64,000 bases of DNA. It comes from Stegostoma tigrinum. Taxonomy: Eukaryota. A model generated the notes under the pieces. It did not search any database. It was not told the origin of the DNA and was given only the letters and a program-made list of their open reading frames with translations. The stretch spans positions 16,735,479 to 16,799,478 of the forward strand of contig NC_081393.1 of assembly GCF_030684315.1 (NCBI RefSeq), read 5' to 3'. Below are positions 26,895 through 40,010 of the stretch, one piece after another. The translations under genes and the position numbers were made by a program. The stretch's first letter is position 1; each line of letters starts with the position of its first letter.

Positions 26895-27165
26895 ATACAC
26901 GCTGTGGTGACCAGACTGGTAATCCAGAAGCTCAGGATAATGCTCTGGAAATACGGGTTCAAATCCCATTACAGGAGCTGTGGGATAAGGGGAGAAATTT
27001 GAATTCCAATCAATAAAATAAAAACTGCAATTTAAGGTCTTTATGATGAGGAAGTCTGCCATTCATACCTGCTCTGGCCTACATGTGACTCCAGACACAC
27101 AGCAATGTGGTTGACTCTCTCAGCCAAACAGTAACTAGGGTTTGGCAAAGAGCTGTGGTACCCAC
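26895..27165 (+). mobile_element. tRNA-derived Deu-domain-type SINE; decayed copies at about 10400-10730, 14900-15420, 16950-17120, 22540-22760 and 48950-49380
   Basis: B-box gggttcaaatccc and ctggcctacatgtgactccagacacacagcaatgtggttgactct, which recurs (reverse agagtcaaccacatt) at the other sites. Confidence 0.6.
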
Positions 27166-27336
27166 CTCCAGAACCAGAAATCAATGCCACGATCAGCATA
27201 CCAATACCACGTGCTGAGGGTCAGAGCGCCTGCATGCACACCCAGCCGAGAAAGAATGTTGCCTGCACCTCATGAAACAATAAAGCAAAAGCTGAATTTG
27301 TGCCATTGTGACACAAGCTTACTGGCCTGAAGCACT

Positions 27337-27513
27337 GATAATGGGAACTGCAGATGCTGGAGAATCCAAGATAATAAAACGTGAGGCTGGATGAACACAG
27401 CAGGCCCAGCAGCATCTCAGGAGCAGAAGGGTCTAGGCCCGAAACGTCAGCTTTTGTGCTCCTGAGATGCTGCTGGGCCTGTTGTGTTCATCCAGCCTCT
27501 CATTTTATTATCT
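27337..27513. mobile_element. Palindromic Penelope-terminus insertion
   Basis: 60-bp inverted arms at 27366-27425 and 27457-27516 (57/60 match). Exact 14-bp direct repeat TGGCCTGAAGCACT at 27323-27336 and 27514-27527. Confidence 0.85.
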
Positions 27514-27829
27514 TGGCCTGAAGCACTCACTGTTTTTACTTCTCTCCAAAGAGGGTGCCAGACCTGTTACCAGTTTTCTGCAATATCAGGTGGCGTTTTT
27601 TTTAATGACTGCATACTTCAGGACCATGCCCAGCTTATAAGTAAGTCCTCTGCAGTCAATGAAACTATATTCTCAGTCAGTCCATACAAAAGCTAATGAT
27701 CACAGCAGTAATTCCACCCAAACACCTTGTGGGGGAGCTGCTGAGCTTCAAGACCATTGACTACACAGCAATGCCATGGGCTGGTTTTGAGTAGTATTGC
27801 AGCCCCAATCCTCAACCGTTGAGAAGCAG

Positions 27830-28560
27830 GATTCTCTGGCCTGGCCAACGTTTAATGCTGATTTATCCTGGAGAAGGTGGTGGACCCATGTCTTGAATGA
27901 TGTTAGGGAGGGAGTTCCAGGATTTTCACCCTGTACCACTGAGGGAACAATGATATATTTCCAAGTCAGGATGGTGTGGGGCTTCAAAGGGTGGTGGTGG
28001 TCCCATTTAGTTTCTACCCTTGGCCTCCTAGCTGGTAATGGTCATGGGTTTGGAAGGCACTGTCCAAGACGACTGTGTGAATTTCTGCAGTGCATCTTGT
28101 ACCTGGTACACCCTACTGCTGAAGGCCGGTGGTGGAGGGAGTTAATGTTTGTGGGTGTGGTACCAAACGGGCTGCTGTGTCCTGGATGGTGTCAAGCTTC
28201 TGGAGTGTCCCCCTTCAGGGCAAGTGGGGAGTATTTCATCACACCCCTGACTTGTGCCTCATCGGTGGTTGGGCAGGATGCAGTGAATCAGCAAGCAAGT
28301 TACTTGCTGCAGAATTCTCAGATGCAAACCTACCGCTGTTTGGTCCAGTTCAGTCCCTGGTCTATTGACAGAGAGACAGCCATCATTCAATATAAAGCGG
28401 CAATGGTTAGATTCATTCTTGTCGGATAATGATCACCTGACAACTGCAGAGTGCAAATACTGGCTGCCTCTTACTAAACCAAACTTTAATATTATCCAGG
28501 TTTAGTTGTGCATGGGCAGACAGTGCTTTGAAGGGAATAACACTGAACACTGTGCAGTCC
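27830..28560 (-). mobile_element. Copy of the same non-LTR retrotransposon family
   Basis: Homologous to 2200-2830 and 34050-34720. Confidence 0.7.
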
Positions 28561-29311
28561 GACTTTGGAACTGCACAGAAAGGCAGGAAGTGCAAGTGGC
28601 CCCCTCTACACTGCAATCGTTCGATGGTTCAAAGTGCTAATTTCAGTGGAGCTCTCCCAAGCCTTGGGCTGTGTCTGTGTGAAGAGGGTTGTCACCAAAA
28701 GAAATGGGGTACAGGAGAAAGGGTTCTGATTATCCACAAAGTATAATCTGAATTAACCCACATTAAATTATTTTATATTCATAGTGCCAACACTGCATGG
28801 GTCTATTTAAAGGGCAAAGAAAAACAGGAGTAAAACCAGACTTCAAATACAAGTTCTGGGTACCACACTGTGAATGATATAAAGACTTGGAGAAGGGGAG
28901 ATGGGGAGTTCCAGACAACATGAGAGACCAGGGATCTCACTTGCATGCCCAGATGAGACAATTTGTGATCGTTCTCTCGAGAATGGAAATGGCTAAAGGC
29001 AAATTTGTGACAAATACTCAAAATAAGACCATTGATCGCATTGATGCAGTTAGAGAGAAATTGTTGACATTGGCAGCAGGATCAGTCACTTGTGAGTAAA
29101 CAAAATAATAATAATAATCTGGTAGCAGGGTCAGATTCTAACAGTAACTTGAAAAACAGGGTTGGATAAGTACCTGACGGGGGAAATGTGCAGGATCATC
29201 AGAAACAGCAAGTAGTATGGGTCAAAGTGGTTCACCCTATCAGAAGAGCAGGCACAGGCTTGAGGGACGAAATAGCTCCCTTTGATGCTGCCCAACCCAG
29301 CGGCCGCTTAC

Positions 29312-29472
29312 CTTGACGTACTGCAGGTCAGTCAGCGCCCTCACAGAGAAATCCGGAACATAGTGCGTCAAGGGGGGGGGTGAGACGACGGACAGCGCAG
29401 ATTCCGAGCGTTCTGTGTAGCTCAGTGAGACAGAGCGACTCAGCTCACTGGTGCGAGAGGACGGTCGGGTTT
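29312..29472 (-). CDS. CNNM4: CNNM4 coding exon 6
   Basis: Acceptor tttctcctcag|AA. (E)TRPSSRTSELSRSVSLSYTERSESALSVVSPPPLTHYVPDFSVRALTDLQYVK. Donor AAG|GTAAG; 161 nt. Confidence 0.91.
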
Positions 29473-31407
29473 CTGAGGAGAAACAGAGGGCCCAAAAGAA
29501 TCAGTGTCTGAAATAAGTAGCGCAACTCTGGACAGGTCTGCACGGCACGAGGCAGCTCAGCAGAACAGTCAGTTTGGGTGACCAGATCTTGCTCTAGAAT
29601 GACAGACACACACAGGAAACAAATCTTTCACCACATGCAGTGCAGATGAACAGTAATCAGTGAAAAGCATGCCCAAAGATGTTGCAGATTATGCCTCAAT
29701 GTTATTAGTGCTAGCACTCTTTAGACATCATCCAACACTGGCTTCCTCTGCCCTACATCCTCATTCAGCATGTGTCCTTACAGTTGTGTCTCCCTAGAAC
29801 ATTAAACTCCTGAGCAGTCTTGGCTCTTCCCACCCTCAGTGTGCTCTAGCACATTAGCTTAATCACTGGTCAGAATTTCTCCTGTTTTTGCTCTCTTTAA
29901 TTTTGATGGTCTTTTGCACAACAAAACCCTTGCGATGAAGGACTATAGAGAAATCACCATGCAGTTACAAAACAAGCTGGAATTTGTTTCAAACAGTGAA
30001 GTCTGTTCTAAACGATGCAGTGTGGCAAATGTCTGCAACTCCCTGCAGAGAACAAACAGCAAAGCAATTGTTGCAGGTGCAAACGGAGGTGAATTGGAAA
30101 CCACCTTTTATTAGGTACCACAACCACAGAACGGCTACTTTCCAATAACAAGATGCTAAATCCTAAACAATTTCAGCCAAGATTTCATTTTTCCAAAACC
30201 CAGGCTATTTGGAGATTGAATCTTGGGAAATAATGACCTTTTTTCATTGCTGTTCTTTTAGCTAACAGACTAAGAAAGGGTTTGGAGGCTCCAAGAAATT
30301 GTAAGAGGTGCAAGTTTTATAGTTTGACAAGAATCAGCTTCCCAAGGCATGAATACACAGTAGGATGGACATGGCGAGCAATGCTCATTTGAGGCGGAGA
30401 GCGCGAAGTGTTGGTAAATTAGATTGCCAGTAAGGAATTCATTCTAAATTGAAGAGTGAGAGACATGTTGCAAAAACTGAGCATCTTGTGCTCATCAAGT
30501 CAAATGCAAGAATGCCAAAATTTCAAACAACAACCCTGGTTGACCAAGGCATTGCCATGGGTAAAGCATTGGGTAGTTCTAGAATAGACACCCCATGCCA
30601 AGGAATTAACAAAAAAGGAACAAAGTTTGAACACGTTCCTTTGTTTACCAAGAAAAGGTCCCTAAACCTGAACTAATGTCACTACTAACTGGCAAAAATG
30701 CTACAATCTCAACTGATTATCTCAACTTGGGAGTTATCAACATACTAAGATGTTCATGCAAATGCTGCCCATCGCTGCTATTTGCAGTCTGGCATTCTTG
30801 TATTTGTCCTATGAGTACTCGATTCAAATTCCAGTTTGTTTGAGGTGTTCATCTTCATTGCACTACAGTTCCTCAAGATTGATATCCAGCTGCGCATGCA
30901 TGTATCTTAAAAGAAATGGTGAAGACATTGTTCCCATTGTTACACCATTCTCATGGTTCTGTGATTGCTGCTGATCCCTGTAAGCTGCACAATGACCGTT
31001 ACTTTCCACAACGCCTCATTTTTCCAACCACAACCATTGATCATCACTACCTCAAGACTTGACATGGAGGTTTTTGCCAAATTCAGAACCTCCCTTACCC
31101 CAGAATACAGGCAGGAAGGGCCCGATCCTTCACACCAGGAGAGATGTGAGCAGTACCGGATCCCACACTTTAGGAAAGACTTGAAGGGATCACAGTGTAG
31201 CTTCATCAGCATCATATCTGGGCAGCAAACATTAAGTAAGAGATTATACAAACTGACACTGTACTCTCACGAAATTTTCATCAAATTGTCTAAATTCAAG
31301 TTAAAGAGAACAGCTAATGAGAAACTATTTCTGCTGGTTGAGGAGTAAGTGTAGGGGCACACTTAAAGTCAGACTTTTCAGTGGTGAAATCAGGTAACAT
31401 TCTTTCA

Positions 31408-31592
31408 GGCAGCAGAGGAACAGGAAAACCAGTGTTTCAGGTCAGGACCTTTTGTCAGAACCAGAGTCCGGATGAAGGGTCCCAGCCCAAAACTGCACCT
31501 TTCCCGCTCCCCTGATGTTGCCCGACTTGCTGTGTTCCTCCAGCTCCACACTGTTTACTCTGCCTCCAGCACCTGCTGTCCTTGGTATCTCC
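31408..31592. mobile_element. Inverted Penelope-terminus insertion inside a CR1 3' fragment
   Basis: Two divergent hammerhead-like motifs. 12-bp TSD AACATTC(T/C)TTCA at 31396-31407 and 31593-31604. Confidence 0.7.
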
Positions 31593-31919
31593 AACATTCC
31601 TTCACACAGTGGATGCTAAAAGTTTTGAATTCCTCAAACAGGAATTAGATTAGTTGTTAAATTTAAAACTCAAAATTGATACTTTTTGTTAACAAAATCT
31701 GAAGGTTACAGACAGGTATACATATGCAGTTAGTATTTTTAAGTGGGGAGGGATTGAGTTCAAGATGCCCTTCTTGGTGAAAGGGTTTCTGCTCTTCCAG
31801 TACTGAATCCAGACAACTTAGAGACAGGTCATGGGAGGCAACAGGGAAGTCAAGCTGCGTACGACCATGCGGACACTGTCTGTTAACAGTGGCATTGTCG
31901 TGCAGGGGCATCAGGTAGT

Positions 31920-32230
31920 TCAGAAATAGAAGGCTACATTCTCAGGAGCCACCCACCAGGTAACTATGCAGGAGCAGGAAGTGACACCACTGCAGATGAT
32001 ACTGCAGCTACAACTGAACAGCAAAGAATGAAACCAGGTAAGCACACTGTCACAGAGCTGGGTGACCACAGAGAGGTGCCCAAGGAGGACAGCGCGGTCA
32101 ATGGAATCAAACGCTGCACACGAATCGAGAAGGACAAGGAGAGAAGAGCTTAACCATGGCCGAGGGCACACGGTCACAGGAATAGATTTGGGAATCAATA
32201 ATGATCCAGGAATGTGGGAGAGGAAATGAA
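31920..32230 (-). mobile_element. L2-clade LINE RT fragment
   Basis: SSLLVLLDSCAAFDSIDRAVLLGHL...VLTWFHSLL resembles the L2 RT LDLSAAFDTIDH motif. Confidence 0.7.
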
Positions 32231-32619
32231 AATTGTTGGTGTGTTATTCTTTGACAAGAACAGATCAACTGCGGTTTTTGTTTAGATGAGAAAGGTGATG
32301 ACAGATTTGATTAAGGGGCACAAAATATCATTTGGGCTCAGGGCGGGGGAAGAAGTTAGGTTACAGACCCAAAGATTTAAATCACCAGGAGGGCAAGGCA
32401 CAAAGATAAAGTCACGGCCTGTGATGATCCCCCAAGTTCTAGGGGATCTGAAAGGAAGCAGTATGGGCCTACCCTCATGATCCCACATTCTCCAGGCAGA
32501 AGGGTAACAGAGGAGGTTCGAGCTAAAAACGAGGAAAGCCATGCAAGATTTACCTTGGAACCAAGAAAATAGGGAAGGCCGTTTGAGGCTGCAAGTACGG
32601 AGCCTGGAGGTGGGAACTG

Positions 32620-33160
32620 GGAAATGACGAGGGAGGGGAGAAAGCAAGAGACAGCGCGAGCGAGGGGGGGGGGGAGCGAAAAGGCGAGAGGGGGAAAAAA
32701 GAAGAGCGGGGGGAGAGAGAGAAAAGAAGCCGGGGGGGGGGTAGGAGAAAGAGTAAAGAAGCCGGGGGGGGGGGTAGGAGAAAGAGTAAAGAAGCCGGGG
32801 GGGGGGGGTAGNNNNNNNNNNNNNNNNNNNNNNNNNNNNNNNNNNNNNNNNNNNNNNNNNNNNNNNNNNNNNNNNNNNNNNNNNNNNNNNNNNNNNNNNN
32901 NNNNNNNNNNNNNNNNNNNNNNNNNNNNNNNNNNNNNNNNNNNNNGGGGGGGGGAGAGAGAAAAGAAGCCGGGGGGGGGGAAGAAAAGAAGCCGGGGGGG
33001 AGAAAAGAAGCCGGGGGGGGGGGGGGGGGGGGGAGGAAAGAGAGAAAAGAAGCCGGGGGGGGGGGGGGGAGGGGGAGAAAAGAAGCCGGGGGGGGGGGGG
33101 GGGGGGGGGAGGAAAGAGAGAAAAGAAGCCGGGGGGGGGGGGGGGGGGGAGAGAGAGAAA
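32620..33160 (+). repeat. Purine-rich tandem repeat, (GAAAAGAAGCC G8-20)n, spanning an assembly gap
   Basis: At least 9 visible copies of AAGAAGCC followed by poly-G. N run at 32812-32945. Confidence 0.9.
32812..32945. other. Assembly gap (134 N) inside the G-rich repeat
   Basis: Run of N. Confidence 0.99.
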
Positions 33161-33384
33161 GATAGATTAAACTGAACAAAACCTGAGGGAAACATTCACT
33201 TTACTGGTGGTCAGCAAGGAAAGGATCAAAAGGCAGACAGACACTTGGACAAACCTCTCGATATTTCAAGTGTCCCCCAGTATTTCACCACGTATAAACT
33301 ACTTGTTGAGGCATATTACTGCATGAATCGTGGCAGACAATTTGTGCTCAGCAGGCTCCCATAAACAGCCATGTAACAGCAGCC

Positions 33385-33720
33385 AGATCATTGAATCCCT
33401 ACTGTCTGGAAGCAGGCCATTCAACCCATCAAGCCACACTGACCTGCCAAACACCATCCCACCACTGACACCCTGGAACCTATTTCCCAAGGCTAATCCA
33501 CCTAGACTGCATATCCTGGACACTACAAAGCAATTAGCTATGGCCAATCCACCTGACCTGCACATCTTTGGACTGTGGCAGCAAACCATAGCAAGCAGAA
33601 GAAATTCATGCAGACACTGGGAGAACTTACAAACTCCACAGTCGCCCAAGGGTAAAATCAAGCCCGGATCCCTGGCGTTGTGACGGCAGCAGTGCTAACC
33701 ACTGAGCGATCGTGCTGCTC
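33385..33720 (-). mobile_element. tRNA-derived V-SINE (HE1-like)
   Basis: The reverse strand has a tRNA-like head (gctcagtggttagcactgctgcc) and V-domain (gtggagtttgtaagttctcccagtgtctgc; cacagtccaaagatgtgcaggt..ggtggattggccat). Confidence 0.75.
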
Positions 33721-34049
33721 TAAGCCTGATAACCAGATCTTTATTCCCCAGTCCTATGTTATGTTGGAAAAAAGGATAAATATTGGACAGGACATTGGGG
33801 TGAACTCCCCTGTCCTTCAAAACCTGGATAAAATTACACAGTCAGATTCAGCTGGAGTACTGCACCCAATACTGGGCACCACTTTCAGCAGGAATGTGAA
33901 GGCATCAGATGAGAATGGCTCCAAGGATGAGGAACTTCAGTTACATTGGCAAGACAGGAGAAGTTCAGACTGCTGTCCTTGGAGAAGGAGATGTCAAGAC
34001 TAAATCTGAAAGGTTTTCAAAAATCAAGGGCCATCTGGACAAAACAGCC

Positions 34050-34720
34050 ATGATTTATTACCCAGTCCTAAGCTCCCGAGAAAGCGCCAGTGAGCCTTCT
34101 TCTTGAACCGCTGCAGTCCGTGTGCTGTAGGGGCACCCACACGGAGCCATTAGGGAGGGAGTTCCAGGATTTTGACCCAGCGACACAGAAGGAACAGCCC
34201 ATATATTTCAGAGTTGGGTTGGTGAGTTGTTTGGAGGGGGGCTTGCAGGGGATGATGTTCGTACGTATCTGCAGCCTTTGTCCTTCTAGATGGAAGTGGG
34301 TCGTGGGTTTGGAAGGTGCTAAGGAGCCTTGGTCTGTTGCTGCAGTGCATCTTGTAGACAGTACTCACTGCTACTACCGAGCATCGGTGGAGGGGGGAGA
34401 TGTGGTGCCAATCAAGTGGGCTGTTGTTGGAGCTGCCTCCATCTGGGGCAAGTGGGGATTATCCTATCGCACTCCTGACTGGTGTTTACTCGATGGTGGG
34501 ACAGGCTTTGGGGAGCCAGGAGGGGAGTTACTCACTGCAGGATTCCCAGCCTCCGATTTGCTCTTGTAACTGCAATGTTTGTATGAAGAGTTCAGTTCAT
34601 TTTCTGGTCAAATGGAAGACCCCAGGATTTTGACATCTGGAATTCAGCGATAGTCATGCCATTGACTATCAAGGGGTGATAGTTCAATTCTCTTGCTGGA
34701 TGGTCACTGCCTGACACTTG
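34050..34720 (-). mobile_element. Copy of the same non-LTR retrotransposon family
   Basis: ORF 34150-34368 (STVYKMHCSNRPRLL...WVKILELP). Homologous to 12950-13270. Confidence 0.7.
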
Positions 34721-35433
34721 GGGCAGCTAGAAAAATTCATTTTACATTCCAGTCCAAACCTGAACGACAAGGTGAATCGCTCACGCGGACAGTCAGCGCT
34801 AGACACAAACAGACCAAATAGCCGTCTCCTGTGCTGTACTGAACTGAATCATTCCATGATCCCTTCGATGTGTCAGCCTCCATTCTGTGCTCAGGTTACT
34901 GCAATGGGATTTAACAGCACAAGCTTTTGACTCAAGATTAACTACTCACTGAGCCATCTTGCAGGGCGAGAAACCAGATAGAAAGCCTTCACTCCTAAAA
35001 TGACAGTGGAAACCAGGAATTCCCAATCTGCAAAGTCAAGGCTGAGGGAATGGTGGGGTCACTTAAATTTTCATTACTCAACAGCGTGAAGGATAACCAA
35101 ACCAAAAATGACTAGATGAAGTTATAACAAATCAGCCACGATTTCTTCAAATGGTCAAAAAGCTAAGAGGTTCCCCACTTGCAAATTGCTAACATCTCGT
35201 AGACAGAAAGCAAATAACACTTCAAGTACAGACAACTCTTCAGAGTCATCTTGAGTCAAAACATCAGTTTTCTTTCTCTCCATTGATGCTAGCTGACCCA
35301 CTGTCACAGCCAGCAATGGTTTGTTTTCAGTGCATATTTCAGCATCTACTGTCATTTGCTTTAACATCTCATTTCTGGGTTGAGAGTTTTTATCTTCTGT
35401 AAACTTATGGTAAAAAGAGAGAAATGTTCTTAC

Positions 35434-35530
35434 CCAAAGTGGGACTGGTGAGGGCCATGGTACCATAGTAGGAAAAGGGCCCTGTCTCAAACTTCATATC
35501 TTCTTTGCCAGCCTCTGCCTCCACTTTACC
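35434..35530 (-). CDS. CNNM4: CNNM4 coding exon 5
   Basis: Acceptor cctcag|[35 protein letters not shown]. Donor G|GTAAG; 97 nt. Confidence 0.93.
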
Positions 35531-36349
35531 CTGAGGTATAACAACATTTACTTCAAAAGGACATAGACCAGAAGCCACAGACTTAAGCAGTGCACCATTA
35601 GAAACACCGCATGCAGTAATCTTGACACCTTTCTCAGAGCTCTTACTCTCCCTGCGCCTCCCTTGCCACCCCCTACTTCCCTAATCAGCATTGACAGACT
35701 TCCTGATATGAAGTTCCCTTCCTTAGTCAATTCTAGGAAGGTCAGAATACCATCATTAGAGAAGGGTTCAATCCTGGCCATGATACCCAAAATCAATCAG
35801 GATCTTTGCCTGACATAACCCAGGAAAAGTGCAATTAACACAATTCCCATCAGGTGCAGCACGGACAGGAAATGAGCCCAGGACCAGACACAGTGCTCTA
35901 CCAATGGACAAGTCTTTTCCTGACTATCTTTGTCAGTATATTCTAAGGTGGACTGTGCAAGGAAACTGAGCGGGTTAATGCTGGGCCGTAGTATTGCAGA
36001 GGACAGTGTGCCAGAAATGGGAAAAGGGCAGTTTAAAAAGGACAAATTAAGCATTTCAGCAACTCCATCTGTATTGAGGCATGAAAAATAACATCCCATG
36101 CTACTTGACAGCAACACAGCGGACAAAAATCTGACACTGAGCCAAGCTAGCAGAGCTGAGGTCAGATGACTAAATAGTTGGTCACAGAATTAAGCTGAAA
36201 GGACCATTTTAAAGAAGGAAAGAACAATTGAGAGGTTTAAAGAGCTCACATTGGAGTGATTAAAAATCAGGGAAGATCAACTGGGGGGCAGGGTTACACC
36301 ACAGATACCATGAAGGTTTGTGGGGCCAGAGATAGGGAAGGCGGCAGGA

Positions 36350-36735
36350 TAGGCTGGAGCTATTTTCCCTGGAGCAGAGGCTGTAGGGTGACAAGTTAAG
36401 ACAGGCATAGATGGGGTGATTAGTCAGTCAATGTCTTTCTTCCCAGGGTGGGGGAGCCCAAAACTAGAGGGCATAGCTTTAATGGTGAGAGGGGAATGAT
36501 TTTAACGTTATCTGAAGGGGCAACATTTTCACACAGAGAGTGGTGCATGTATGGAATGGGCTGCCAGAGGCAGTGGTGGAAGTGGGTTCAATTACAACAA
36601 CATTTAAGAGGAATCTGGATGGGTACATCATTAGGAAGGATTGAGGGGGTAGGGGTCAAATGGGACTCAGTCAGATTGGGCTGACTGGTCAGTGTGGACG
36701 AGGTGGGACTGAAGGGTCTGTTCCGGTGCTGAGAG
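36350..36735 (+). mobile_element. CR1 LINE 3' fragment
   Basis: Clear homologue of 56330-56730 (ttttccctggag...ccaaaactagagggcatag...gaagggtctgttcc). Confidence 0.75.
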
Positions 36736-37111
36736 AATTGTAAGCAGGATGACGACACTGGCCACTGCAGGTCAGTGAGCAAAGAGGGTGATGGGTTAGG
36801 GGGCGGGGCGCTGGTCTGGAGTGCATTGGAAACGTCACATCGGGAGGTAGCAAAACTACATGCAAGGCTTTCGGCAGATGACAAGCCAAGGCAGGCCGGA
36901 ACAGGGCAAGCTAGAAGCAGCTGACAGAGCTGAAAGGGCTAGCAGGTTAACACAGGATCAAATGACATGCAGAGATCACAAGCAGTCCGATGCCGTCTCA
37001 GACACTGACTGTGACAGTCAATGGCACAGGAACAGAGTTGGAGTGAAGACCAAATGTTACACAAGCCATGGTGGCTTCAGTTTAATCTTTCCCACCCCAG
37101 GCACAGATCTA

Positions 37112-37402
<291 letters not shown>

Positions 37403-39020
37403 TCAAACAAGCATCTCAGAAAACCACAACACTGTGCTCACTGTTTAACTTGCAAGTCCTATCCACCCCACCACCCCGGTGCTCACTGACCTACACTGAT
37501 TCCCAGTTAAGAAACAATTTGAAGTTCTCCACTCATTGACAAGCTCCAGATCACAGCAAACAACACTTGTGCAAAACCTCGTTTTATGTATTCTGCCTCA
37601 CTCTCCAATAGCCCCACCTCCTCAATCCTCACGTCACCCACCTCCTCACTCAAGTCTATGTTGCAATAGCTCCTAAGGGTTAGTTTGAGAAATGACAGGA
37701 TTGCTTCAGCTTTTGTGTGGTGTGATTGGGCTCAACCACATCTCCTACAGCCCGTGCTCATAGTGGGGGCAATCACAGGGTTCCCATGGCACCCTCACCC
37801 TCAAAGGGTCAAAGCACGTGGATCATCTGCGCCCAAAGGAATGGTGGCCAGTGAGGGACATGGAGCCAGAGGTCTCAATGACAGACCCTCATGCCAAGCT
37901 AACCAGCCTGCTGTCTCAAACCAAATGCAAAACAAAAAGGGGAGGAAATTCAGAAAAAAATGGCTGATCTATGTATTTTGCCCAAATCGTTGCCAAGTCA
38001 TTGGAATAACAAACAGGTTCCTGTTCCAGCAACCGCACCGTGTTTTTCCCACAGTCCGAGACAGACAAGATGGGTAATTGCCTGGATCCCTGTAATTATG
38101 TCATGACTTGCGGGTGACTGTGTTCTCTGAGCTCATCTGTCTACACAGCTCAGTGAACACAAAGTGCTTTTACAATCTTAATATTTGAAACTCACTCAAT
38201 CGTGACCAAACATACACGTGGTGACAAGGTTCAATCACCCCTGCACTTACTGAACTATATTGCCTGTTAGTCCAACAATCCCTCAGAAGTTAAAATTCTC
38301 ACGGGGTTCAAATCCCTCCCGTAGTGTCACCCCACCCAAAACCTCCATCAGCCAGACAATCCTGCAAGATATCTACAACTCTGTCCACTTAAACATCCCT
38401 GGTTTTAAACTGGCACATTATTGGCAGGCCGGCTTTCAGCAGCTTGGGCCCCTAATTCCCTCCCTTAACCTCCGTCAAGAATCTTAAAATGTCTATCTTG
38501 AAGACGTATTACATGGTTCAGTCTCAAATCTTGTTTAATCAACCACGATGGTCGTGCCTTGGTGCATTTCACCACGGTAAAAAAAGAGGAGAGGTTTATT
38601 TTAAGTTCTGCGGATACTATGGGGGCACATCCAGAGGCAGTCCCTTATTGAGAGACACACACCATCACGGTCTCAGCCAAATGATCAAATCTCACTTCAA
38701 ATACCTCATTCCAGTTTTCTAATTATAACTTTAGATGGAATTATCAGAATGCTGAGGCCCTGTGTATCCATGGCATCTCAGTAAAGTTAATTCCATTCCT
38801 CTGGTCAATTATTTTTGATCCTCAAGCACAATTGCATTCCCACTTCATAAAAAACATCAAAATTTACTCCCATCATGCTTTCAGTCAGAGGCCAACAAAT
38901 GTGTAAAGCAGCTTTTCAGCTCCTCCTCCTGTGCTTTTACACAGCAGGCTCGCAGCCCCTGGACAGGCTGGAGGTTCAAAATACAGACCAGGGACGAGCG
39001 AGTGTGTACTCCACCTTTCA

Positions 39021-39434
<414 letters not shown>

Positions 39435-39803
39435 CTAACAGGACTGGATTCAGACAACTGGCTGTCTTCCCTGTGGTAATAAAAGATTAAGAGGTGATCT
39501 AATTGTTGTGGTTAAGATAAAGAAAGGGTTTCCTAAGGTAAACAGAAATCATTTCTTCTAGTGTGGGGCATTCGAGAAAACGGAAATCAAAACGTTTACA
39601 GAGGGTAGTGGAAATTGGAGCTCGCCACACTCCCACAAAGTTGTCAATGCTGAGAGTCATTGAGATTGACACATGGTTTGACACTGCTATCATGGGCAGA
39701 GAACCATGGTAGTTCAGAGTTAAGACACAGATCAGTCTGGTTGACCAACAGAACTGGCTTGAAGGGAGAAACAGCTTCTGCTTGCCCCATGTTCTAATCT
39801 TCA

Positions 39804-40010
<207 letters not shown>

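Noticed and set aside
27797-28429. 210-aa plus-strand ORF (also 34090-34569 and 13721-14053)
   Set aside because: These are antisense or decayed frames of LINE fragments repeated elsewhere in the window.
29372-29380. G9 homopolymer in CNNM4 exon 6 as a possible frameshift
   Set aside because: The nine bases encode PPP and the frame continues into the conserved DFSVRAL.
32377-33195. Long Pro-rich and Gly/Lys-rich ORFs (272, 209 and 183 aa)
   Set aside because: They are translations of the poly-G repeat across an N gap, with no splice or domain evidence.
33640-33720. tRNA-like A/B boxes (also 26900-26970 and 57165-57180)
   Set aside because: They are SINE heads joined to SINE bodies, with no complete cloverleaf.
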